Source: Enterococcus phage 9183. Taken from it: 64,000 nt of DNA. Location of the stretch: the sequence record MT939241.1; one strand, written 5' to 3'. Below are positions 34,906 through 44,975 of the stretch, piece after piece; position 1 is the stretch's first letter; the number at the start of each line of letters is the position of its first letter. The translations under genes and the position numbers were made by a program. The notes beneath the pieces are model-generated. The model worked only from the letters and a program-made list of their open reading frames with translations. It was not told the DNA's origin and made no database searches.

Positions 34906-37788
34906 TTAAACTTCTTCGTTTATTTCTGGTAATGTAGGTGTATCAATTTCTGTAACGTGAACATTTATTAATTGACCTTGTACGTATTTTCCTGATGCCA
35001 TTTCCCAACCAAAACTTAAATTATCGCCTTTCTTACCATTAATTAAAAATGTATGATTAATAGAATTACGATATTGAATATCGCTAGTTGCTAATCCCAT
35101 ACCATTACTTTCACGCCATTGAATTGTTTGTTCTGTATCTTTCCAGGCACACAGGTAAACATATCTTCCTGTCGTGGCAGCCAGCCCATTTGCTTTAGCT
35201 GTGACTTCAACTAATAATGTTGCATCACGATTAAATGTTTGATTCCATCGCCCACTATTGAAATCAAGCGGACAAGGTTTCATCTTAACACCTAATCTTT
35301 GACCAATTGTTCCAATTTCATTACCCCATCCCATGCGACCTTTATTTGGCATGTTTGATGTGTGATTTGTTCCAAGATAGAAGTGACCTTCATAAGGATA
35401 TAACTTTTCTTCCAAAATAGTGATACGTTTTAATGCGTCTTGTAATGAAGCCATGTCTGCTACTTCCACCCAAGGTTTTGCCACATTAGGTGATACACGA
35501 CGAAATGCCATTCTTTGTTGAATTGAATCATTAGCTACGTTCGTATATAATATTTGAACGGAGCTGCCTGTGTCAATATCAGGAGTATTTTGTAGGATGT
35601 AACCAACTGTGTTAGCTTTCATCGATTCAGGAATATTTGCGTAATCCGTCATCGCTTGCATCTCTGCGCCGGTCAAATATACATATCCTTTTCTTAATCT
35701 TAGATCAGCCAAGGATGCTTTTGCTGATGTGATTTGTGCAAGTAAAAATGCATTTCCATCATCATTGGTTAATTTTGCTTTTTGCCACAAAACTGTAAGA
35801 TTATCAAAATCTGCTCTCCTAAACGTTTCATTCCATCCTGTAGCTGATCCGCCATATATGCGACGAAATGCAATTCGTAGGTTCGTAGCAGCATAAGCCA
35901 TTGCATAAACGAATTGAATTGTTCGATCTGGAGAAACGTCAGGAACATTATGAACGACGTAGCCTGAAATTTGAGATGCATCACCACTAGGAGTTCTTAA
36001 TGTTGAAGGCAATGTGTTGTAATCGGTCATTGCTTGAGCTTCAGCTTGTGATAGCATAATATATTTCTTATGAATTTTCAAATCAGCAAAAGAGGCTTTT
36101 GCTCCTTCAATATTTACTAAAGGAACAGCGTCACCATCATCCATCGTCATTGGATAATTTTGAACATTGTTTTCAAGATATTGTCTACTTAAATTCCAAA
36201 CATAGTCTTTAGGACTATCACTGTCTTGGAAACCAACACCTTGATATTTTAACATGTCTACATTAGGAGAACGTGTATCACCTTTTTCAATCTTAAGCCA
36301 TTCAATTTGACAAGCGCCTACTGTTGATTGCGGATACTGAAAAATACGCAATTCTTTAGGTACGTTTGAAGAAACATGATTTGGTGTAAATGTTAAAGAC
36401 CACACATCAGTTAATCCTTCTACTGGTTTTAAGTTTCCATAATTAGTAGTTCCTGATCCATCGTTATACACCATAAATGTTTGACCTGAGGGTTTTGTTC
36501 CTTTAAGCGTGATAGTATATGTTTGACCTACTATAAACTCTTTTTCCATGTTAGCTTTATATATTAAGTACTCACTAGAATTAATTGGAAATTTAACATC
36601 TTTATTTGCAAGATTTTTTCCAATTTCTCTTTTACTTAAATTCCAAGGCTCACCTAATAAATTAGGCTGATATGGTGTGGCTGTTGAGCCTTCTTCAATC
36701 TTAATATCACTGACAATCACACTACCGTTTATTTTAGCGCCTACTTCTGTGTCAATAGTTAAATAGAATCTTAATAAATCTGTGATTTCATAATTAACTA
36801 TTCCTGTACCCTTGATTGTTATTTCTTTTCCTACTACTGCATCTATAGTTGTAGCATACAATAAAATAGTACCACCGTTGGTTTTACGATAAGATACTCT
36901 CAACTTATCAATATTTCCAGTTGTACCTTCCTCTATTTTAACTTTTGCGCTTATAGTATACGTTTTACCACTAACTAAACTAGGTATGTTATTTGAAGTA
37001 AACGCACTAAGGCGGTTGACCCCCTGAGAAGTTAAACGTATGCTGTTATATCCTACATCTAAGACTGAGACGTCACTCTCTTTATTAAAATCAGAAGCTT
37101 TAATTACATGCATTAGATTGGAATTTCCACTATAATCATAGTCCCCGAAGTCTAATGAATTAGAATACATTACATGCAAATTTCCTAATGCTTCAATTGC
37201 CTTACGAATTTCTTCTGATTTTTGAGCTAAAGAATTATAACTTGTATTTAATGTATTTAACTTACTTTCCAAAGTTCCAATCTTCGTTTTCAGATCAGCT
37301 AACATTGCGTCTCCTGCTTTAGTGTAATTTGCTAAAGCGTCGTTGTAGGCTTTATTCAATTTATCGATCAGCTTATTGTATTCTGTGATAATTGTTTCAG
37401 CTTCATCTGCTGTAATGTCGGCATTATCAAGAACGATAACTTGGAAGTTTGAAGTTGTACTTCTTTGTTTAGTTGTGATGTTCGTTAATGAGAAATAAGC
37501 TCGTTCATATTCTCCTGGAACGCCAAAAGCCATATTAGGAAATGTATAATCAAATTTTCCTTGATTTGCTACGATTCCTGATACTCCTTCTGTGTCAAGA
37601 ACGACCGTCTTATTTCCACTTGTGTTTCCTTCAAATGTAATTGTGTAACCCGTCAAATCAATTGGTTCGTCGTTGGCTGTAAGGTAGACGGTAACTTTTT
37701 GAACGCTACCGTCTCCAACACGACCATAGATTATAGGAGTTAAACGTGGCTGTTTGAAAATATCAAAACGCATTTCTCTATTTGCCAA
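34906..37788 (-). CDS. tail fibre / receptor-binding protein (BppU-like N-terminus, internal duplicated domain)
   Basis: The first 200 aa or so are paralogous to the 37802-41833 product. There is a TTG start. Two internal repeats of about 110 aa (ADLKIHKKYIMLSQAEAQAMTDY... and ADLRLRKGYVYLTGAEMQAMTDY...). Confidence 0.65.
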   Translation of the reverse strand: MANREMRFDIFKQPRLTPIIYGRVGDGSVQKVTVYLTANDEPIDLTGYTITFEGNTSGNKTVVLDTEGVSGIVANQGKFDYTFPNMAFGVPGEYERAYFSLTNITTKQRSTTSNFQVIVLDNADITADEAETIITEYNKLIDKLNKAYNDALANYTKAGDAMLADLKTKIGTLESKLNTLNTSYNSLAQKSEEIRKAIEALGNLHVMYSNSLDFGDYDYSGNSNLMHVIKASDFNKESDVSVLDVGYNSIRLTSQGVNRLSAFTSNNIPSLVSGKTYTISAKVKIEEGTTGNIDKLRVSYRKTNGGTILLYATTIDAVVGKEITIKGTGIVNYEITDLLRFYLTIDTEVGAKINGSVIVSDIKIEEGSTATPYQPNLLGEPWNLSKREIGKNLANKDVKFPINSSEYLIYKANMEKEFIVGQTYTITLKGTKPSGQTFMVYNDGSGTTNYGNLKPVEGLTDVWSLTFTPNHVSSNVPKELRIFQYPQSTVGACQIEWLKIEKGDTRSPNVDMLKYQGVGFQDSDSPKDYVWNLSRQYLENNVQNYPMTMDDGDAVPLVNIEGAKASFADLKIHKKYIMLSQAEAQAMTDYNTLPSTLRTPSGDASQISGYVVHNVPDVSPDRTIQFVYAMAYAATNLRIAFRRIYGGSATGWNETFRRADFDNLTVLWQKAKLTNDDGNAFLLAQITSAKASLADLRLRKGYVYLTGAEMQAMTDYANIPESMKANTVGYILQNTPDIDTGSSVQILYTNVANDSIQQRMAFRRVSPNVAKPWVEVADMASLQDALKRITILEEKLYPYEGHFYLGTNHTSNMPNKGRMGWGNEIGTIGQRLGVKMKPCPLDFNSGRWNQTFNRDATLLVEVTAKANGLAATTGRYVYLCAWKDTEQTIQWRESNGMGLATSDIQYRNSINHTFLINGKKGDNLSFGWEMASGKYVQGQLINVHVTEIDTPTLPEINEEV

Positions 37789-37801
37789 ATTTATCGTCTC
37801 C

Positions 37802-40800
37802 TTATAAAAAATCTAAATTAGGATATAGTTGATCAGTTTCGATCATAGGAACACGCATTAATCTACATGTTTCATAATCAGCTTCAGTCTGAACACCATA
37901 AACCTGATAATAAACACCTGATGCTTGAATGTCTCTCATAGATGTATCATCATTTAAGACAGCCATAGGAATTGAAAGGAGTGCTCCTCCATGTTTTCCA
38001 TATGCATAAATTTCATTTACTGTTCCAGCAGCTCTAGATCCTGGGCTATTCCAAAGCCATGAAACAGGATATTGAGGATAAAGCTTATGAAAAGCATCTC
38101 GTTGTGTTTTATTATTGATAACGAAGAATACTCGTTTTTCTAAACCATAACTTACAATCATATCATGAATCATTTTTGCAGTTGATGCAACGCTTAAGTC
38201 AATTTTACTTCCATCGAAATTAATTGTTAAATCTGTTCCTCTCAATGCTAAAAGAACAGATGATAATGAAGGAACTTTAAGTGTTTGACCAACAAGGTTA
38301 GGATATTTTACTGGATCGATTTTAATATTTAACGCTTTAACTTGAGCTTCTGTTAAATCGGCAAAATTGCCTGTTCCATTAGTTGTTCGATCAACAGTGT
38401 CATCATGCATTAAATATAATTTTCCATCGCTAGTTAAACGAGGATCCAATTCTACTCCGCCATAACCTAAGTCAATCGCAGCTTTAAATGCCTCAAGAGT
38501 ATTTTCAGGATATGACACCGTAGCTCCTCGATGAGCCATCATTCGCTCAGTTACTTCATCAGTAAAACTTGTTGGGTAAGGATCAGATGTTTCCCATTCT
38601 CCATACCAATAAGTATTTCCTGTGTAAGTTGCTGTACCAATTTTAATATTGTTTGTACCCAGTCGTTCAACGAAACCTTTATAATTAATGCGTTCTGGAG
38701 CATTAAATTGAACACATGTTAAAGGAACATTCCAATAAGTATATTTTGCTGCATTGCTTAAGCGAAAACCAGTAGGAACTTGCGCAAAAGTAGCAACATC
38801 TGTTCCTGTGGCACTAGTAAATTTAATTCTGGCAAAGAATTGTACTTTCCGTCCTTTTCTAATGAATTGATAATTAGTGATGTCAGCATCTGTTGTTGAG
38901 TTCGTTTGAATGTATTGCTTAAATCCTTCGTCAATATCATTCGCTGATCCTTCACCCGTTCCAAACCAACCAAATGTTTTCATCCAAGGTAAACGTCTTT
39001 GCATAACTCTCATTGAGCGTGCTGTCATAACTTTAGTAAAATCACCAGCGAAGTTAAAATCTGATGGGCGCATTGCTTCATCAGTAAGAGCATACATTAA
39101 AGCATCATTTTTTCTTGGATCACTGAAATTTTTTGTTCCTACAACATTTTGATTTCCAATAGTTTTTACGAATGTATTTTCTTGTGTTTTTGGAATGTAT
39201 TTTGAATCGACTTCAGTTTTCGTATACGTTTCAGTTTTCGTATATGAATCACCTTTTTTGGCAACTTCTACTCCGCTGCTTTGGAGCGTACCTGTAAAGT
39301 TTTTAAGGCCGGTAATATTTTGATTACCTGAAGTTTTCACTACATTCTTATCAATTTCATCAATTTTTGCTTCATTTGAAGCTGCATTTTTTTCAATGAA
39401 ATCTACATTTTCGGGAGCACTGTTCCAATTATAATCTTTAGGATTAGATGACTTAGTAAAACCAATTCCTTTATATTTAAAAGGGGCATTTAAATTAGGA
39501 GTTCGTGTGTCACCTTTTTCGATTTTGAGCCAGTCAATTTGGCATGCACCAACACTTGACGCTGGAGATTGGTAAATGTACACAGCATTTTTCTTTTCTC
39601 CTAAAATATCTATTTTTAGGGTAGCCGTCCATGTATTATGCAGACCCTCAACCGGTTTGAATATGGTGTGATTTTTTAACGCTAAATATACTCCAAAAGA
39701 TTGAGCGGAAGGTTTTGTTGCACCTATGGTCACAGTGTACGTCTCCCCTTCAACGAAATCTTCAGGAGTTCTACCTGAGTATAACGTTTCAACACTTGAT
39801 GTTATAGGAAACTTCACTGCAGGGTCAATAAGATTCTCACCCCACACCGCCTTACTCAAATAATATGGCTCATCTAGTAAATTAGGCTGATAAGGCGTTG
39901 CTGTCGAACCTTCTTCGACTTTGATATTTTCGATTAAAACAGTTCCGACAAAAGGCTCTGTTGATGTTGTATTGATCGTGAAATACATTCTATCGAAAAT
40001 CGATGGATCGGTTGCCGAACTCGAATTTGCCGTGATGAATATTTTCGTCTTCTTTCCGACTTGCGCATCTTTAGCCGTCAATGGCAATATGATTGTCCCG
40101 TTAGGGCTTTTTCTATATCCTAACCTTAAATTTTCTAACTTCCCAGAATAACCTTCCGTAACCGTAACATCTGCACTTAACGTGTATTGTTTGTTAGGAA
40201 GTAAAGCTGGAACACTCTTCATAGTTTCTAAAAAAGTAGCACCATCAGTTTTTGTGAAAGTTACTTTTAATGCATTTCCTATATCTTCTATAGTACCACC
40301 AGTAACTTTATAAAAATCACTAGCTTTTAGAGGAGTCATTAAGTTAGCATTTCCTGAATAATCATAATTGCCAAAATCCAATGAGTTAGAATATAATGAA
40401 TGTTCAGTGAATGCTTCATTCATTTCATCCTTAGTGTAATACTTACTTAAGTCAGGCTTAGGAATTAGGTCGTTAATGTTTAAATTTAAAGTTATTTCAC
40501 AAACGAAATAATCTAAATTAGTTCTTAACATTTTTGTTCCATCTGATGGGGTAGGTACGCCCATAATAAAAGCCATTACACCATTTTGATCCATTATTGT
40601 GTCAACGGATCCAACACCTGCTGTTACAGGATCGGGTTTGGAAGAACTGTGACTATTATTATCAATGCCCCAACCAGTCCAACCTTGCCAAGTCGTTCCA
40701 GTTGTCGTCCAGTTAGATCGGCCAATTGTATATTTATATACATCTCCTACTGATCCGAAGCCATAAGCAGTTGCACTAACAAAAGTAGCTTTCTTTATTA

Positions 40801-41833
40801 ATTGTTCTTTTTGTTGTGAACGAGTAGTCGCTCCTACATTGATGAATAAGTTTGGAAAACGACGACTTATTTCTGACACTGCATCAATTCTTGCTAAATG
40901 AAAAGTGACTTGACCATTTAGCGTTTGTTGTGCTTGAGCAAGTTTTCCATCTAATGCAGAAACATTTTTATAGTTCTTCCACATTGTTGCTGCTACATCA
41001 TCAGAAATTAATTCCGTTCCATCGTTCACTGTTCCTACAGAGTTTATATTCGCTGCGGGTATTGTGCCAAACTTCATTACGTTAGGATTTTCTGCAGTTG
41101 AACCTGAAATTTTTCCAGCGAAATCGATAGGAACCTTAATTTTAACATTTTTACCAGCTAAAAATGAAAGCACATCTTCCATTTTTAGTAACCCATCATT
41201 CACTAAATCGTTCATTCTTTCTTCTAGATCAGTGAGTTTTGCGTTAGTTTTCTCGTAATTACTGTTTAAAATATCGATTTTATTCTGAGCCGCATTAATC
41301 TTATTCGTAAGATCAGTAATGTAGTTATTGTACCTCGTATCGTAATTTTTCTTGAACTCATCGAAGTCTTGTTGTAATTCAGTTTGTGCTTCCAAGAAAA
41401 TACGATTTAATTCATCAACCAATTCTTCATATTCTGTAATGACTGTATGAGCTTCCTCAACAGTGATGTCTGCATTTTCGAATACTTGAATGTTAAAGTC
41501 TGAAGTCGATTCTCTTTGATCTCCTTTCACAAATGAAAAATATGCTCGTTCATATTTTCCAGCTGTTGAAAAAGCGATCAGTGGAAATGTGTAAGTAAAA
41601 TGACCTTTTGTGCGATCAACCATAACGATTCCTTCAAGATCTTTTACATATGTTCGGTTCCCACTTGTGTTACCTTCAAAGTTAATGACCCAACCTGTTA
41701 GGTCAAAAGGCTCTCCATTATTCGTGACATATACATCAACAGTTTGGACGAGTCCATCAGCGACCCGCCCATAGATGATAGGAGTCAAATCTGGAATTTT
41801 TGAAATGTCAAGACGTAATATCTTATTTGCCAT
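37802..41833 (-). CDS. tail fibre/baseplate protein with C-terminal glycerophosphodiester phosphodiesterase (GDPD) domain
   Basis: The N-terminus is paralogous to the previous gene. The C-terminus has the GDPD signature HRG...PENT...E.D...DG...HD (MMAHRGATVSYPENTLEAFKAAIDLGYGGVELDPRLTSDGKLYLMHDDTVDRTT). Confidence 0.7.
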   Translation of the reverse strand: MANKILRLDISKIPDLTPIIYGRVADGLVQTVDVYVTNNGEPFDLTGWVINFEGNTSGNRTYVKDLEGIVMVDRTKGHFTYTFPLIAFSTAGKYERAYFSFVKGDQRESTSDFNIQVFENADITVEEAHTVITEYEELVDELNRIFLEAQTELQQDFDEFKKNYDTRYNNYITDLTNKINAAQNKIDILNSNYEKTNAKLTDLEERMNDLVNDGLLKMEDVLSFLAGKNVKIKVPIDFAGKISGSTAENPNVMKFGTIPAANINSVGTVNDGTELISDDVAATMWKNYKNVSALDGKLAQAQQTLNGQVTFHLARIDAVSEISRRFPNLFINVGATTRSQQKEQLIKKATFVSATAYGFGSVGDVYKYTIGRSNWTTTGTTWQGWTGWGIDNNSHSSSKPDPVTAGVGSVDTIMDQNGVMAFIMGVPTPSDGTKMLRTNLDYFVCEITLNLNINDLIPKPDLSKYYTKDEMNEAFTEHSLYSNSLDFGNYDYSGNANLMTPLKASDFYKVTGGTIEDIGNALKVTFTKTDGATFLETMKSVPALLPNKQYTLSADVTVTEGYSGKLENLRLGYRKSPNGTIILPLTAKDAQVGKKTKIFITANSSSATDPSIFDRMYFTINTTSTEPFVGTVLIENIKVEEGSTATPYQPNLLDEPYYLSKAVWGENLIDPAVKFPITSSVETLYSGRTPEDFVEGETYTVTIGATKPSAQSFGVYLALKNHTIFKPVEGLHNTWTATLKIDILGEKKNAVYIYQSPASSVGACQIDWLKIEKGDTRTPNLNAPFKYKGIGFTKSSNPKDYNWNSAPENVDFIEKNAASNEAKIDEIDKNVVKTSGNQNITGLKNFTGTLQSSGVEVAKKGDSYTKTETYTKTEVDSKYIPKTQENTFVKTIGNQNVVGTKNFSDPRKNDALMYALTDEAMRPSDFNFAGDFTKVMTARSMRVMQRRLPWMKTFGWFGTGEGSANDIDEGFKQYIQTNSTTDADITNYQFIRKGRKVQFFARIKFTSATGTDVATFAQVPTGFRLSNAAKYTYWNVPLTCVQFNAPERINYKGFVERLGTNNIKIGTATYTGNTYWYGEWETSDPYPTSFTDEVTERMMAHRGATVSYPENTLEAFKAAIDLGYGGVELDPRLTSDGKLYLMHDDTVDRTTNGTGNFADLTEAQVKALNIKIDPVKYPNLVGQTLKVPSLSSVLLALRGTDLTINFDGSKIDLSVASTAKMIHDMIVSYGLEKRVFFVINNKTQRDAFHKLYPQYPVSWLWNSPGSRAAGTVNEIYAYGKHGGALLSIPMAVLNDDTSMRDIQASGVYYQVYGVQTEADYETCRLMRVPMIETDQLYPNLDFL

Positions 41834-41862
41834 TGATTATTTTCTCCTTTATTACTTTATTT

Positions 41863-44193
41863 TCAAATACCGTTCTTATGATATTTTCTTTTGTTTAGTT
41901 TTGGTTTTTCAAGTTTTTGCTCAAGTTCTTCAACTCGTTCAATAAGCTGTTTGTTCGTCATGCTGTTCAACATGATTTGCTTATTGACGTTTAATGTTAA
42001 GTAATGAGAATTATCTTCTTTTTGAGCAAGGAAAGGCGTGTATTGTGCAATTAGGCCAAGTTCACGATCTGCATTAGGTTGTGCTTCTGCTTGTCTACTT
42101 GAATACATTTGCTTACGATCAAATTCATAAAACTCCAATTTCTTCGTTTCTTTAATCGCATCAATTTTACTCTTTTCAATGTTTTCTTTTAAACGAATAT
42201 CTGATTGGTTTAAAATTGAAAAACCATGCATATTTAAGTTTGCATAAAAATCAAGAATTGCATTGTTGTATGCCGTGAAAGAGTCGTTTCCTCCAACTTT
42301 CATGTTTTTTAAATAACCACCAGAAATAGCATAGTTATTCATGCTTACACCACGATAAATACTCATGTCTCCCGAACCCGTCGACGGAAAATGAACACTA
42401 TTTATTGTTATTTTACCAGTGCTTCCATTAATATTAAAACGGTTAGTGAAAACCTTTTCACCAGTTCCATCCCACGTTGATATTGAAAAATCATATCCTC
42501 TTTCAACTGCAATCATCGTACCTAACTCACCATTAGTTTGATCCCGCGAACGAGAAAAACCTGCCATTTGTCTACTTTGATCATCATAAAAAGCTAATGA
42601 TCCAGCACGAAATTGAGCAAAAGTAGAATTGTCTGAAGAATCTATAATTGTAATCGTTCCTCCAACGATCACAGTTCTTGTACCTGAACCTATTGTCTCG
42701 AAACGTGCACCCGTGATAGTAACACCGACGATGTCAATTGCTCGAAGAGTACCAGTTGAAATTAGATCAGCTACAATTTGTCCTTCTTTATTCATACCTA
42801 CGACCCAAGGACCATTTCGTCCAGTTTTTGAATAAGCTAGACCTGCCTCATTCCATCTCCACATCTTTTTAGCTGTGTTAATGTTTGTCGTATCCATGAT
42901 ATAAATTTCTTGAGGATCAGCTAATGACGGATAAACAACTACGTGCCCTTCACCAGGATTATTAATAACGTCACCAAAATGATCAATATCTTCTTGAAGA
43001 TTGAAATATTTATTTTTCCAATCGTCGGTTATATCTTTAATTTTGTCATTCCATTCATCTTCGTCCATCGTATTATCACTGATGACGTCGCCTAAATTGG
43101 TGCGAGCATCACCAAGCTCTACAGTTTCAAATTGATCCAAATCAGGTCGCCAAACTACCTTTGTTACTTGTGCAACCGCATTAATTCCTAATTCATTAAA
43201 TGCAACAGTGATGTAATCACAAAGATCAATTTCTTCTAATCTTGAAATGTCTCCACTTTGAACGGATTTAGTTAGATCAACGAATTTCGTTTTAATTGAA
43301 ACTTTAGGAACACCAACATTATTACTTTTAACATAACTTTGGGCCATCGCTAAAAGTTCAGCCTTGTTCGTAGGTTTCTTATTAGAAAAATCTACGCTTT
43401 CAATACGCCGAACCCTATATTTTGAAACGTGTTCGCCGTCTACATAATCACCATCAACTGTGATAATTTGTTCTTCTTGTTCTTTTCCATCTTCAACTTC
43501 AGGAGTATATTTTGCCCAAGGATAAATAGATGTAAAAGTATTTTCAATACTTTCTTCCTGTGAAATATCAAGCAAATTTTTTCCATAAGCTACTACGATG
43601 CCAGTCTCTACACCTGCTTTTTCAGGAAGTTTAATCTTATTATTGTCGAAGATATATTCTCCTCCAAAGAGATCAAGTACAGAGCCAGCAGTTCCACCAA
43701 AAGCTTCCATTGTGTTAGCAAATTTTGCAGGATCAGTTAGTGTAATTTCTTTTTCTTCCAATCGTTGTGATGGATCTATTACAAAATCGTACTTAGGAAT
43801 TGAAATGTTTAAAAGAGCTTTCATTACGTCATCAGCTTTACCTTTTACGTTAGCGCTTTTCTTTACAGCTGAACGAAGTAATTGATAACGATAATGTTCA
43901 GCATAAACTGAAACGATTCCATTGATAGGTTTCGTTACTGTTTGAATTTCAAATCGTTGGTTTTCTGTGTACGATTTTGTTCCTGCGTTTGTTACAACCC
44001 AGTTACCGGTTTTTATTTGGTCGAATAAAACTCCTTTCACTGGATATTGAAATTCCAAAGTATATTCAGCATTTCTGCCTCGTGTCACACGAGGCAAAAT
44101 TGCATCATTAAGAGGACCATATCCAAGAGAGTTCCATTCGGTTTCAAATTTGTCATGTAAAACAAGTTTGCTCATACTGCTAACGTCCTCCAT
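41863..44193 (-). CDS. tail-associated lysin / tail endopeptidase (Tal)
   Basis: 776 aa. Positioned after the TMP and Dit in the siphovirus gene order. Confidence 0.6.
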   Translation of the reverse strand: MEDVSSMSKLVLHDKFETEWNSLGYGPLNDAILPRVTRGRNAEYTLEFQYPVKGVLFDQIKTGNWVVTNAGTKSYTENQRFEIQTVTKPINGIVSVYAEHYRYQLLRSAVKKSANVKGKADDVMKALLNISIPKYDFVIDPSQRLEEKEITLTDPAKFANTMEAFGGTAGSVLDLFGGEYIFDNNKIKLPEKAGVETGIVVAYGKNLLDISQEESIENTFTSIYPWAKYTPEVEDGKEQEEQIITVDGDYVDGEHVSKYRVRRIESVDFSNKKPTNKAELLAMAQSYVKSNNVGVPKVSIKTKFVDLTKSVQSGDISRLEEIDLCDYITVAFNELGINAVAQVTKVVWRPDLDQFETVELGDARTNLGDVISDNTMDEDEWNDKIKDITDDWKNKYFNLQEDIDHFGDVINNPGEGHVVVYPSLADPQEIYIMDTTNINTAKKMWRWNEAGLAYSKTGRNGPWVVGMNKEGQIVADLISTGTLRAIDIVGVTITGARFETIGSGTRTVIVGGTITIIDSSDNSTFAQFRAGSLAFYDDQSRQMAGFSRSRDQTNGELGTMIAVERGYDFSISTWDGTGEKVFTNRFNINGSTGKITINSVHFPSTGSGDMSIYRGVSMNNYAISGGYLKNMKVGGNDSFTAYNNAILDFYANLNMHGFSILNQSDIRLKENIEKSKIDAIKETKKLEFYEFDRKQMYSSRQAEAQPNADRELGLIAQYTPFLAQKEDNSHYLTLNVNKQIMLNSMTNKQLIERVEELEQKLEKPKLNKRKYHKNGI

Positions 44194-44963
44194 CTTGGTT
44201 TAATCATTACATTTGTCATGTTATCAAAACTTATCGTGTTTCTTCCAACTTCCAAAATTAATGGTGAATAACCTGCATTCGTCATCATGATCGAACTAGT
44301 TACATTTTCACCAGTTGTTTCTGAATAAGCGATTCCTAATTCATTATCTACAACGTAAGTTCCTGCTTTTAATTTACCAGCTTTAAAAGTAAACTGACGA
44401 CCATTAATGTAGAAATGAGCGTCATTTGTTGTGCTGCTTATTGTAAACTTGATCAAAGGAAGACTTTCAAATTCTTCTGGGTTGGTAAGAACAGTATTAT
44501 TATAAATTACTTTTTCTTCTTCTCCATCAACTCTAAAAATAAAAGGTTGTGTTTTGAAAGTTACGTCAAAGTCGATCCAAAGACCATTTACGTTGTTGTC
44601 CGTCGCTGATGTTCCTGAGTAAGCAAATCCTTTATAGTAATATTCGCTATATTCACTAAAAATAATTGGCGTATATTCTTTTGATCCATAAAGCCAAGCG
44701 GCAACCTCACGAAGAGATTGCGCTATATGCTTTTCAGGATTTTTATAAAGTCTTACAGGAAATACTTTATCGATGTCTTTATATTTCTGCCTATCTGAAA
44801 TAATATCAGAATTTCGACCATCAACATCTATCGTATCAAAAACGGACTCGGGCACGACTAATTCCATGTCTTTGCGTATACGCATTCCCATTTCGTTAGA
44901 CTTGCGCCCAAGATATTGAAAATAGGGCATGTCACTTAAATCAAATTGACTTTTTAGTGCCAT
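44172..44963 (-). CDS. distal tail protein (Dit)
   Basis: 263 aa, immediately downstream of the TMP. Confidence 0.6.
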   Translation of the reverse strand: MALKSQFDLSDMPYFQYLGRKSNEMGMRIRKDMELVVPESVFDTIDVDGRNSDIISDRQKYKDIDKVFPVRLYKNPEKHIAQSLREVAAWLYGSKEYTPIIFSEYSEYYYKGFAYSGTSATDNNVNGLWIDFDVTFKTQPFIFRVDGEEEKVIYNNTVLTNPEEFESLPLIKFTISSTTNDAHFYINGRQFTFKAGKLKAGTYVVDNELGIAYSETTGENVTSSIMMTNAGYSPLILEVGRNTISFDNMTNVMIKPRWRTLAV

Positions 44964-44975
44964 AGTTTCACGCTC

